From: Paragordius varius
Lineage: Eukaryota; Animalia; Nematomorpha
DNA: 64,000 nucleotides
Reading direction: 5' to 3'
Assembly (NCBI GenBank): GCA_964247055.1
Contig: OZ176050.1
Location: 8,308,001 to 8,372,000, forward strand
The position numbers and the translations under genes are program-made. Positions 13,300 to 25,544 of the stretch are shown one piece after another (positions within the stretch are counted from its first letter, which is position 1; the number at the start of each line of letters is the position of its first letter). Below the pieces are notes generated by a model. That model worked only from the letters and a program-made list of their open reading frames with translations, searched no databases and was not told the origin of the DNA.

Positions 13300-14120
13300 A
13301 ACCTCTGGTTGCCACAATCCGTACAAATATTAAATCATTTACATTATTTTTTAAATTTACAATGGATAATTAACTGTACATCTTGCGACTTATTTTAGAT
13401 GATTGAAGTATAAAATGAATTTGTAGCTCTTAACAAATATCTTTTACCAGATTTTTTGGATTACGGCATATCAGGTTTTAAATAAAGGACAAATGCCTCA
13501 AGATAGTATATTCCATTAAATCGAAAAGAGTGTCTCGCCGCAGTTTGGAGTTTAGTTAAAAAATATCATGCAAGATCATGCCAATAAAAACCCACAATTG
13601 GGCAATTCCAAAGTAATCGGTGGACTCCATAATTTGAAGCCAAATAATACATAAGATTAATATTTTCATGAAAAATTTCGGTAAGAGTCGGATTAAGATC
13701 ATCACCTCTCCGCATCTTTATATTGATTCCATAATAATCTTTTTGACTTCATAATGTTCAAACAGCCCAGATTAATAAAAGCGTCTTTCCGAATTTCTTC
13801 CTGGAAAGATTTGTTGTTTTTTATTAGGATTTCTGATATTCGATAATTTGCAATTATGGATTTTTTTGATTTTCCTGTATTACACAATGCAGTGTAGTTG
13901 CTCTTTCAATAGCTTGATTTTTAATTTGCGAATATTTGAGTTGTATTTTTGATAGTTCATATGAAGCGCAGAAAAATGTCTTTCAACATTTGCTTTTTTA
14001 AGGCAAAGCCACGGTGGAGTTGCATGAATACACATTTATCATTATGCATTTTTAAAACATAATCTTCTTCCCATTCATTTCTACAACAATATTTAGCATC
14101 TTTCTGACTTGAATTTTTAA
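13300..14120 (-). pseudogene. Frameshifted, internally deleted hAT (Buster/SPIN-type) transposase
   Basis: Minus-strand pieces: RNEWEEDYVLKMHNDKC...KKANVERHFSALH (BED-like zinc finger), KKSIIANYRISEILIKNNKSFQE (cf. A..ASY.VS..IAK..KPF), and ESTDYFGIAQLWVFI (cf. DESTD..D.AQL.IF). Confidence 0.7.
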
Positions 14121-14123
14121 TCA

Positions 14124-17100
14124 TCTATATATTTATAAAAATGGAAAATGCTGGCTTTGTGATCTGGTACAGGAAAACCGGTAGACCCAATCAAATCCAA
14201 ATATCGAAAAAATATAATCATTAATAAATGTCCCGACAATAGCTTCGCCCTTTTTTTGAAATAGGCCCCCAGTTCGGGCCCACCCCGTATGAAAAACGGG
14301 TTTTTTTAAAAAACAGAAGTCCATAAAATGGTGTTTTTGAGACAATTTTCCGGAGAACGTGTTGGACCATTCAATTTCAAATATGATTTTTGTTTACTTA
14401 TTTTCGATTGCGCCGAACATAGCCGAGCCACTTTTTTGATTTAGGCCCTCTTTTTACCCGCTCCCCCCGTAAATTGCCACCTTTTTCAAAAAACAAAGTC
14501 CACAAAAATAATTTTTTAAATCGATTTTTCGCCCTAGGTATGAGACCGTAAAAATTCTATATGGATTCCACGTATTCCCTGTTAAAAGGCAAAAATTTTA
14601 GTCTACCGTTTATTTGATGATAGCTGCTGGGTAAGGAGCTACCCGCTAAAAACTGATTTTTCATATAACTTTGTGATCTGTTTCCGGAAAACCGGTGAAC
14701 CCAATCAAATCCAAACATCGAAAAAATTTAATCATTAATGAATGCCCCGACAATAGCTTCGCCCTTTTTTGGAATTAGGTCCCCAGTTTGGGCCCACCCC
14801 GTGTGAAAAATGGGTTAAGTCAATTTTTTGGAGAACGTGTTGGACCATTCAATTTCAAATATGATTTTTGTTTACTTATTTTCGATTGCGCCGAACATAG
14901 TCGAGTCACTTTTTTGATTTAGGCCCTCTTTTTACCCGCTCCCCCCGTAAAATGCCATTTTTTTCAAAAAAAAACAAAGTCCACAAAAATATTTTTTTGA
15001 TTGTATTTTTTTGCCCATGGTATGAGACTGTAAAAATTCGAGAAAGATTTTTCGTATTGCCTGTTAAAAGGCAAAAATTTTAGTCAATCGTTTCTTTGAT
15101 GATAGCTGCTGAGTAAGGAGTATCTATCATATGTATAGCATGTTAAAAGATATATGGATATTAATACATTATTTATCCTCATCTATATATTTATAAAAAT
15201 GGAAAATGCTGGCTTTGTGATCTGGTACAGGAAAACCGGTAGACCCAATCAAATCCAAATATCGAAAAAATATAATCATTAATAAATGTCCCGACAATAG
15301 CTTCGCCCTTTTTTTGAAATAGGCCCCCAGTTCGGGCCCACCCCGTATGAAAAACGGGTTTTTTTAAAAAACAGAAGTCCATAAAATGGTGTTTTTGAGA
15401 CAATTTTCCGGAGAACGTGTTGGACCATTCAATTTCAAATATGATTTTTGTTTACTTATTTTCGATTGCGCCGAACATAGCCGAGCCACTTTTTTGATTT
15501 AGGCCCTCTTTTTACCCGCTCCCCCCGTAAATTGCCACCTTTTTCAAAAAACAAAGTCCACAAAAATAATTTTTTAAATCGATTTTTCGCCCTAGGTATG
15601 AGACCGTAAAAATTCTATATGGATTCCACGTATTCCCTGTTAAAAGGCAAAAATTTTAGTCTACCGTTTATTTGATGATAGCTGCTGGGTAAGGAGCTAC
15701 CCGCTAAAAACTGATTTTTCATATAACTTTGTGATCTGTTTCCGGAAAACCGGTGAACCCAATCAAATCCAAACATCGAAAAAATTTAATCATTAATGAA
15801 TGCCCCGACAATAGCTTCGCCCTTTTTTGGAATTAGGTCCCCAGTTTGGGCCCACCCCGTGTGAAAAATGGGTTAAGTCAATTTTTTGGAGAACGTGTTG
15901 GACCATTCAATTTCAAATATGATTTTTGTTTACTTATTTTCGATTGCGCCGAACATAGTCGAGTCACTTTTTTGATTTAGGCCCTCTTTTTACCCGCTCC
16001 CCCCGTAAAATGCCATTTTTTTCAAAAAAAAACAAAGTCCACAAAAATATTTTTTTGATTGTATTTTTTTGCCCATGGTATGAGACTGTAAAAATTCGAG
16101 AAAGATTTTTCGTATTGCCTGTTAAAAGGCAAAAATTTTAGTCAATCGTTTCTTTGATGATAGCTGCTGAGTAAGGAGTATCTATCATATGTATAGCATG
16201 TTAAAAGATATATGGATATTAATACATTATTTATCCTCATCTATATATTTATAAAAATGGAAAATGCTGGCTTTGTGATCTGGTACAGGAAAACCGGTAG
16301 ACCCAATCAAATCCAAATATCGAAAAAATATAATCATTAATAAATGTCCCGACAATAGCTTCGCCCTTTTTTTGAAATAGGCCCCCAGTTCGGGCCCACC
16401 CCGTATGAAAAACGGGTTTTTTTAAAAAACAGAAGTCCATAAAATGGTGTTTTTGAGACAATTTTCCGGAGAACGTGTTGGACCATTCAATTTCAAATAT
16501 GATTTTTGTTTACTTATTTTCGATTGCGCCGAACATAGCCGAGCCACTTTTTTGATTTAGGCCCTCTTTTTACCCGCTCCCCCCGTAAATTGCCACCTTT
16601 TTCAAAAAACAAAGTCCACAAAAATAATTTTTTAAATCGATTTTTCGCCCTAGGTATGAGACCGTAAAAATTCTATATGGATTCCACGTATTCCCTGTTA
16701 AAAGGCAAAAATTTTAGTCTACCGTTTATTTGATGATAGCTGCTGGGTAAGGAGCTACCCGCTAAAAACTGATTTTTCATATAACTTTGTGATCTGTTTC
16801 CGGAAAACCGGTGAACCCAATCAAATCCAAACATCGAAAAAATTTAATCATTAATGAATGCCCCGACAATAGCTTCGCCCTTTTTTGGAATTAGGTCCCC
16901 AGTTTGGGCCCACCCCGTGTGAAAAATGGGTTAAGTCAATTTTTTGGAGAACGTGTTGGACCATTCAATTTCAAATATGATTTTTGTTTACTTATTTTCG
17001 ATTGCGCCGAACATAGTCGAGTCACTTTTTTGATTTAGGCCCTCTTTTTACCCGCTCCCCCCGTAAAATGCCATTTTTTTCAAAAAAAAACAAAGTCCAC

Positions 17101-20100
17101 AAAAATATTTTTTTGATTGTATTTTTTTGCCCATGGTATGAGACTGTAAAAATTCGAGAAAGATTTTTCGTATTGCCTGTTAAAAGGCAAAAATTTTAGT
17201 CAATCGTTTCTTTGATGATAGCTGCTGAGTAAGGAGTATCTATCATATGTATAGCATGTTAAAAGATATATGGATATTAATACATTATTTATCCTCATCT
17301 ATATATTTATAAAAATGGAAAATGCTGGCTTTGTGATCTGGTACAGGAAAACCGGTAGACCCAATCAAATCCAAATATCGAAAAAATATAATCATTAATA
17401 AATGTCCCGACAATAGCTTCGCCCTTTTTTTGAAATAGGCCCCCAGTTCGGGCCCACCCCGTATGAAAAACGGGTTTTTTTAAAAAACAGAAGTCCATAA
17501 AATGGTGTTTTTGAGACAATTTTCCGGAGAACGTGTTGGACCATTCAATTTCAAATATGATTTTTGTTTACTTATTTTCGATTGCGCCGAACATAGCCGA
17601 GCCACTTTTTTGATTTAGGCCCTCTTTTTACCCGCTCCCCCCGTAAATTGCCACCTTTTTCAAAAAACAAAGTCCACAAAAATAATTTTTTAAATCGATT
17701 TTTCGCCCTAGGTATGAGACCGTAAAAATTCTATATGGATTCCACGTATTCCCTGTTAAAAGGCAAAAATTTTAGTCTACCGTTTATTTGATGATAGCTG
17801 CTGGGTAAGGAGCTACCCGCTAAAAACTGATTTTTCATATAACTTTGTGATCTGTTTCCGGAAAACCGGTGAACCCAATCAAATCCAAACATCGAAAAAA
17901 TTTAATCATTAATGAATGCCCCGACAATAGCTTCGCCCTTTTTTGGAATTAGGTCCCCAGTTTGGGCCCACCCCGTGTGAAAAATGGGTTAAGTCAATTT
18001 TTTGGAGAACGTGTTGGACCATTCAATTTCAAATATGATTTTTGTTTACTTATTTTCGATTGCGCCGAACATAGTCGAGTCACTTTTTTGATTTAGGCCC
18101 TCTTTTTACCCGCTCCCCCCGTAAAATGCCATTTTTTTCAAAAAAAAACAAAGTCCACAAAAATATTTTTTTGATTGTATTTTTTTGCCCATGGTATGAG
18201 ACTGTAAAAATTCGAGAAAGATTTTTCGTATTGCCTGTTAAAAGGCAAAAATTTTAGTCAATCGTTTCTTTGATGATAGCTGCTGAGTAAGGAGTATCTA
18301 TCATATGTATAGCATGTTAAAAGATATATGGATATTAATACATTATTTATCCTCATCTATATATTTATAAAAATGGAAAATGCTGGCTTTGTGATCTGGT
18401 ACAGGAAAACCGGTAGACCCAATCAAATCCAAATATCGAAAAAATATAATCATTAATAAATGTCCCGACAATAGCTTCGCCCTTTTTTTGAAATAGGCCC
18501 CCAGTTCGGGCCCACCCCGTATGAAAAACGGGTTTTTTTAAAAAACAGAAGTCCATAAAATGGTGTTTTTGAGACAATTTTCCGGAGAACGTGTTGGACC
18601 ATTCAATTTCAAATATGATTTTTGTTTACTTATTTTCGATTGCGCCGAACATAGCCGAGCCACTTTTTTGATTTAGGCCCTCTTTTTACCCGCTCCCCCC
18701 GTAAATTGCCACCTTTTTCAAAAAACAAAGTCCACAAAAATAATTTTTTAAATCGATTTTTCGCCCTAGGTATGAGACCGTAAAAATTCTATATGGATTC
18801 CACGTATTCCCTGTTAAAAGGCAAAAATTTTAGTCTACCGTTTATTTGATGATAGCTGCTGGGTAAGGAGCTACCCGCTAAAAACTGATTTTTCATATAA
18901 CTTTGTGATCTGTTTCCGGAAAACCGGTGAACCCAATCAAATCCAAACATCGAAAAAATTTAATCATTAATGAATGCCCCGACAATAGCTTCGCCCTTTT
19001 TTGGAATTAGGTCCCCAGTTTGGGCCCACCCCGTGTGAAAAATGGGTTAAGTCAATTTTTTGGAGAACGTGTTGGACCATTCAATTTCAAATATGATTTT
19101 TGTTTACTTATTTTCGATTGCGCCGAACATAGTCGAGTCACTTTTTTGATTTAGGCCCTCTTTTTACCCGCTCCCCCCGTAAAATGCCATTTTTTTCAAA
19201 AAAAAACAAAGTCCACAAAAATATTTTTTTGATTGTATTTTTTTGCCCATGGTATGAGACTGTAAAAATTCGAGAAAGATTTTTCGTATTGCCTGTTAAA
19301 AGGCAAAAATTTTAGTCAATCGTTTCTTTGATGATAGCTGCTGAGTAAGGAGTATCTATCATATGTATAGCATGTTAAAAGATATATGGATATTAATACA
19401 TTATTTATCCTCATCTATATATTTATAAAAATGGAAAATGCTGGCTTTGTGATCTGGTACAGGAAAACCGGTAGACCCAATCAAATCCAAATATCGAAAA
19501 AATATAATCATTAATAAATGTCCCGACAATAGCTTCGCCCTTTTTTTGAAATAGGCCCCCAGTTCGGGCCCACCCCGTATGAAAAACGCGTTTTTTTAAA
19601 AAAACAGAAGTCCATAAAATGGTGTTTTTGAGACAATTTTCCGGAGAACGTGTTGGACCATTCAATTTCAAATATGATTTTTGTTTACTTATTTTCGATT
19701 GCGCCGAACATAGCCGAGCCACTTTTTTGATTTAGGCCCTCTTTTTACCCGCTCCCCCCGTAAATTGCCACCTTTTTCAAAAAACAAAGTCCACAAAAAT
19801 AATTTTTTAAATCGATTTTTCGCCCTAGGTATGAGACCGTAAAAATTCTATATGGATTCCACGTATTCCCTGTTAAAAGGCAAAAATTTTAGTCTACCGT
19901 TTATTTGATGATAGCTGCTGGGTAAGGAGCTACCCGCTAAAAACTGATTTTTCATATAACTTTGTGATCTGTTTCCGGAAAACCGGTGAACCCAATCAAA
20001 TCCAAACATCGAAAAAATTTAATCATTAATGAATGCCCCGACAATAGCTTCGCCCTTTTTTGGAATTAGGTCCCCAGTTTGGGCCCACCCCGTGTGAAAA

Positions 20101-20472
20101 ATGGGTTAAGTCAATTTTTTGGAGAACGTGTTGGACCATTCAATTTCAAATATGATTTTTGTTTACTTATTTTCGATTGCGCCGAACATAGTCGAGTCAC
20201 TTTTTTGATTTAGGCCCTCTTTTTACCCGCTCCCCCCGTAAAATGCCATTTTTTTCAAAAAAAAACAAAGTCCACAAAAATATTTTTTTGATTGTATTTT
20301 TTTGCCCATGGTATGAGACTGTAAAAATTCGAGAAAGATTTTTCGTATTGCCTGTTAAAAGGCAAAAATTTTAGTCAAGCGTTTCTTTGATGATAGCTGC
20401 TGAGTAAGGAGTATCTATCATATGTATAGCATGTTAAAAGATATATGGATATTAAAACATTATTTATGGTAA
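14124..20472 (+). repeat. Tandem array of six 1058-bp units, each an A/B dimer of ~515 and ~543 bp subunits
   Basis: Unit starts at 14124, 15182, 16240, 17298, 18356 and 19414. No differences seen by eye among copies 1-5; copy 6 has a few variants. Both subunits begin ctttgtgatctg...ggaaaaccggt (14154, 14669). Confidence 0.97.
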
Positions 20473-20623
20473 TCTATATATTTATAAAAATGGAAAATGC
20501 TGGCTTTGTGATCTACAGGAAAAACGGTAGACCCATTCAAATCCAAACTTCGAACCCCCCCCCCCCCCCCCAGAAGTCCGAAGGACTTCCTCGGGCTGCG
20601 AAGCAGCACGAGATTCACGCTAG
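20473..20623 (+). mobile_element. 151-bp mini-Helitron terminating the array
   Basis: Own A|TC left end (TCTATATATTTATAAAAATGG), C17 tract (20555-20571), two GAA-loop hairpins (20573-20589, 20595-20607) and CTAG end. Confidence 0.65.
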
Positions 20624-23600
20624 TAATATAATATAATATAAATTTTACGATACCTACTTCTGTTATTTTACTAAATTAAAACTCTTTTCTAAGGAAATCA
20701 CAAATGATATAAAGTTCAATTAAAAAACATATGATTAAATAAATATATTGATAAAATAATAAATTGACTTAGTTAAATATAAAATTTTTAACAAGTAAAT
20801 TTCTCTAACACAATATAAAAATAAATTTAAAAAAAAATTTATAATTTTGTGGAAAAAATTATTGCAAAAATATTTTTTACATTTTTTTAAAAAATTCGGG
20901 CGGTAACGCAGTCGACCGCGGTCTACCGTTTAGCCACTCCTGCTCTAGTGTTATTAAGAATTTTTGTGATTTACAATCTCAGGCTATAAAAATTAAATTA
21001 AGTAGCCAGAGGGGTTAATTATTGAAAAATTTCACTTTTTTGGCCAATGTTTTGATTAACTGGTAAATTTGTTGATTATTATATAAATACTTTTGTGATT
21101 AAATTCTAAAAGACATCCATGAATATTATATAAGCAGCGTTCGGTTTTTAAACGAACATATATAATCGATCTCACCGCCTAATGAAGCTGTCATTCATGG
21201 TTACAAACAGTCTGATAAAACGCAAATGCAAATATTTTATTAAAATAAATCTAACAAAATGATGTTTGCCGATCTTATATTCCTATAATACCAATTATAT
21301 TTTACATAATACAAAAAAGCTTAGATTTTTATAATATATTGATCATATTGTCTTCGTCGGACTCAGAATTTTAACTTCAAACTTATTATCATGACAAGCT
21401 TTGAGTCCAATGTTATATGGGCATCATATATATAAGAAAATAAATTAATAAATAAATTATAATATGGTCTGGTTGATAATAGTTATTATTCTTGGGTACA
21501 AACACATCTTATTATACAAAAACATTAGCATAAACCTAACCCTAAATAAAAGTACTAATCCATCAAAATTTATTAATATGCTGCAGAATATTGTATATGG
21601 TAGTATACAATTTAAATAAATATTTAAAGCAATATAATTTATTCAAACGAAACGTAACAAAAAACATAAATTTTTTATCAGAGTCTCTAATCAATATTTT
21701 TTCCATGGTCATTCACAGTATACGATGGACCCATTTAGCTTAAAAAAATCGTAAAATTATTAAAAAAATATTTTTGGCGGCGTCGGCAGAAAATTTAAAA
21801 ATAATGCATGATGGATTAATTTTTTTAAAAAAAAAGATAAAAGAACACTAATGAATAGTTACTCATTTGAAAGAATTAATTTTAGCATAAATATAAGCGG
21901 TTCTTTTAACTGATGGATTATAAAGTTAAAATTTTGCAAAATAAGTTAAAATGATGGTGCAATACACTAATTTACAGTCAAATCTGTTTATGTGATGAAT
22001 ACAGTTCCGCATTAGAATTCACTAAAATGTCAATATTATAATTATAGAAATTTCGTATATAATCATTTGTCGGCAAAAAAACAAACTAAAAAATAATTTT
22101 TTTTATGTATAAAATATAAATCGGAGAAATATCTTGGGGAAACGTATAATATATTTTTATAGTAATTGTTGTTATAAAGAGGTTTCCAACACAAATGGCT
22201 ATATGTGCCACATTTTTAACCCAAGAATTTCGGCGTGACTTAAAATATTTGCCATGCACACACATCAATAGATTTTTTACAATATTGTGCATCCAATATG
22301 ATGTAGCTTTGGTCAGAAAGCCTAACATAAATTTAGTAAAAAATCTTATTTTCAATGTATGAGATTTATACTGTGCTTCTCTCAAAAGCCAAAGAAAGCG
22401 ATTTTTAAATAATTAAACACTTATACGTTTTTAAAAGAAACATCAGTATGGAGTGTTTTGACATTGCATCATTTTTATTTAAATCCGAATATTTTTTTAA
22501 AAAAAATGAAAAATTAATTTTTCAATTAAAATATATTTAAGCGTTTATAATTTCATAAAAACAATTAATATATATATATATATATATAATTCTAAAAATC
22601 AATGGTGTTTACAATGTAATTGGTTTATTCTATGAAAAGAAACAAATTTTTAAATATATATTTTTAGTTGAAAATGCACAATAGTGGTCAATTTAAATAT
22701 CTTCTTGAAGTAAATATTTTAGCATTTATACTTTTGGGTAGTTTTCCACCGGGAGAAATTTGAAATATTATTAGGTCAAAAATGCACTATATGGTCATTT
22801 ACTTGGTTAATTTAAAAATATCTTTCGATGAACACACTGGTATATATAACCATATTATGATTAAATATAATATGTTATCACAGCAAATTTTTGAATTATT
22901 GATTATAGAATCAGCTGTTTTCTATTAGGCATAATATGCCCAGACTGTGCAAGTAAAAAACTGATAAATTTAAAAAAATGTTCAAAATACAAATCTATTT
23001 AATAAACTATATTTAAGCCACACTACCTTTTATTATTATGTTCTATAAATATAAGCCTCCCTGGTAAAAGAAAACCCTAAGATGTATTCACCCTTTTACT
23101 CACTAAAAGTAATAAATTTATATAAAAATTATAACCTAAGAAATCATGGAAATCAGTTTTATACGAATTATGATAAAATATGGGCCGTAGAAAAAGTCGC
23201 CGAGAGCCGCATGTTGGACCTGTTATAGAGTTTCCAAAATATACTTTATCAAAATATACTAAAATTTATAATAGTAATGGGGATGCAAATTGATACTATA
23301 TTATTATATTATTTTTATCTAGATCTTTAAAAAAATTAAATATTTAAATATAACCTATTTAGACAAAAAAATGCTAAAATCAGTTATTAACATGGACATA
23401 AAATGGTCTTGGACAAAAAAGTCACAAAAACTAGGGAAACTTCAGTTCTAAAAACAGTTCCATAAAATTTGAGCTGTTTTTCTTAATATTTTAACATCAA
23501 TATATATAAGTCATCACCCTTTAATATATAAAAGAAAAAAGTGACTATCCATATTTCAAATATATTTACGATAGGCGCAAAGAGTAAAAATAAATTATGT

Positions 23601-23834
23601 TTATTAGCTAATTGAGGCATCTTTTTCTATATTTAATTCGTTAACACTTTTAAAGCATATTCCTTAAGACCTCAGATAAAAGTAGTATCAAATTTTATAA
23701 AGTCTGAACAAATTTGATAATTATATCATACCAATCAACAAACCACAAATAGTCACATAATGAATATTCAAATTATTATCGTAATTTTATATTATATTTT
23801 TATACTTATACATGGATACAACACATTCTTTTGG

Positions 23835-24330
23835 TCCTCCGATTCATATTGGGTTTGGGGAATCCAGGCCTGTTTAAAATTAGATATTTTGACAAAGTAT
23901 GTAACATATAAAAATCATTGCAAAAGTTTGCACTTATGTAACATTGATGCACCGGAATAAAAATATTCATTATATTTTATGGATAAACTTCATGGTAATT
24001 TAGTCGACACCAGTTTATTAGCTAAATATTAAAATAATTCAATATAATCCATTTTTTCTGTTTATAGTTAAATGTTAGATGTGATATAACTAAAAGATTA
24101 GCTTATATTTTAGCGTTAGAATCAAATAAACACTACATTTTGCAAAAAAGTTGTAAAGAAATGGCGTTGAAATAGTTTGATGCGGAACCCTTTTTCAAAA
24201 CTAAATTTTATTAAGATATTTTGAGTTAGTTATATAATTTTTATTATAAGCATAAATTTGGAAGCGTTTCTTTCATATTATTTAAAATTATCATCTTTTG
24301 ATACCTCAAATTGAATCGAAGTGCTTTTAA
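23835..24330. mobile_element. Degenerate copy of piggyBac-like MITE family B
   Basis: Shares acattgatgcaccg, ttatggataaac, aaatggcg..gaa..agtttgat and aattgaatcgaagtg with 3154-3634. Confidence 0.45.
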
Positions 24331-25306
24331 CGGAAACCATATCATTTGTGGAATGCGCCAATAATTAAAAAATAATAATTATTTATTATATTAGATCCAT
24401 TAAAAATATATCAAAACTAAACACCGTCGCTAAAGAAGCCATACATGCTTTTACAAAAAAGTTAATTTTGATTTAAAAAATATAACATGTTATTGTATTG
24501 AAACTACTACATTTTTAAATAACCATTTAACCATCATCCAACAGTTATTTGCAATTACCAATACTGTTTAATAAGTCATATCGTTTATATATATATATAT
24601 ATATATATAAAATTGTAAAAAATCGATCACCAATAGGTTGCTTTCCATTTAAATTAATTTATATAAAGTGGTAAAACAAAACACTAATATCTGTCAGCCG
24701 TATAGTTCTTTGTGTGTTGGAAATTGTTGTTTGATCATTAATGCACAGGCCACATTTGTCATTCAATTTTTTGATTTTTTAAATTAATTCTGAAGTTATA
24801 TTGACCATTGGTAACTGTAATTAAAGGTAAATAAAATGTGTCGTCTGGCACCTAAGTTGGCAACTCTATATATGTATAATTAAAATGTCACACCTAGTGT
24901 CAATAAACCAAGCAATATCAAAGTATTTCCTTTCGTATTTTTAGCAAAGCTTTTTCTATAAAATATAGCCTTATATGTGTTTTGATTATAATAGCTGGCT
25001 TACAATTTCATTAACCTAAGGCAATATATATATAATTGGGGTAAAAGGTGCTAAAATTATTATTAATTATATATATTAGACTAAACCTTATTTTCAATAC
25101 ATATAGCAATTTCCATCGTAATATAGACTACGCTAAAACAGAATAATTATATATTAAAGAGTTAAAAATATTTTCTACCTTAAGGTATAAGCCTTGATAG
25201 GGACTTTCGTCGCCTCTCATAAAAGAAAAATCTTAAACAGGGAGAAGATGTTTTAATAAAGGGTTAAAATTTACACCCAACAATTGCGATTATCGATCAC
25301 TCAAAT

Positions 25307-25544
25307 CAGGGGTCCTCAAAATATTTCTGCGGCTCGCGAGAAATTCCAAATACAAAATTTACGAAATCTAGGGAAAAATATTTTCATAAACAAATTCTCT
25401 GATAATTTTCTAATAGCAAACTAGCAAAAAATTTAAAAAATAGTTGTTTTTGCAGTCTAAAGTCTAAAATCCAATAAAATATTTGATAATGCTTATATAT
25501 TTTTCAAATTCAACCCGCGAAGCCATTTGTGTTGGACACCCTAG
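25307..25544. mobile_element. hAT-type MITE (decayed)
   Basis: Starts CAGGGGTCCTCAAA, ends ttggacaccctag; flanks actcaaat / acttaatt resemble a decayed 8-bp TSD. Confidence 0.4.

Larger units (their letters stand above)
14124..20623 (+). mobile_element. Non-autonomous Helitron-like composite insertion
   Basis: Starts A|TCTATATATTTATAAAAATGG and ends with hairpin GCTGC-GAA-GCAGC, 12 nt, then CTAG|T. Removing it restores an A^T target (ttttaatca^taatataat). Confidence 0.7.
13053..20942 (-). mobile_element. hAT DNA transposon (Buster/SPIN/Charlie-like), decayed, interrupted by a Helitron-like array
   Basis: 13-bp imperfect TIRs CAGGGGTGGCCAA (13053) and TTAGCCACTCCTG (ending 20942); 8-bp flanks gactagtg / ctctagtg (6/8 identical, central TA); transposase remnants inside. 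Confidence 0.75.

Noticed and set aside
14133-19722. Six repeated minus-strand ORFs (MSQKHHFMDF...)
   Set aside because: By-products of the 1058-bp repeat; antisense to the Helitron left end, no recognisable domain, and the frame is altered in copy 6.
14124-20472. Array considered as CRISPR or rDNA/5S repeat
   Set aside because: No short repeat-unique spacer structure and no rRNA or tRNA motifs; the context is eukaryotic.
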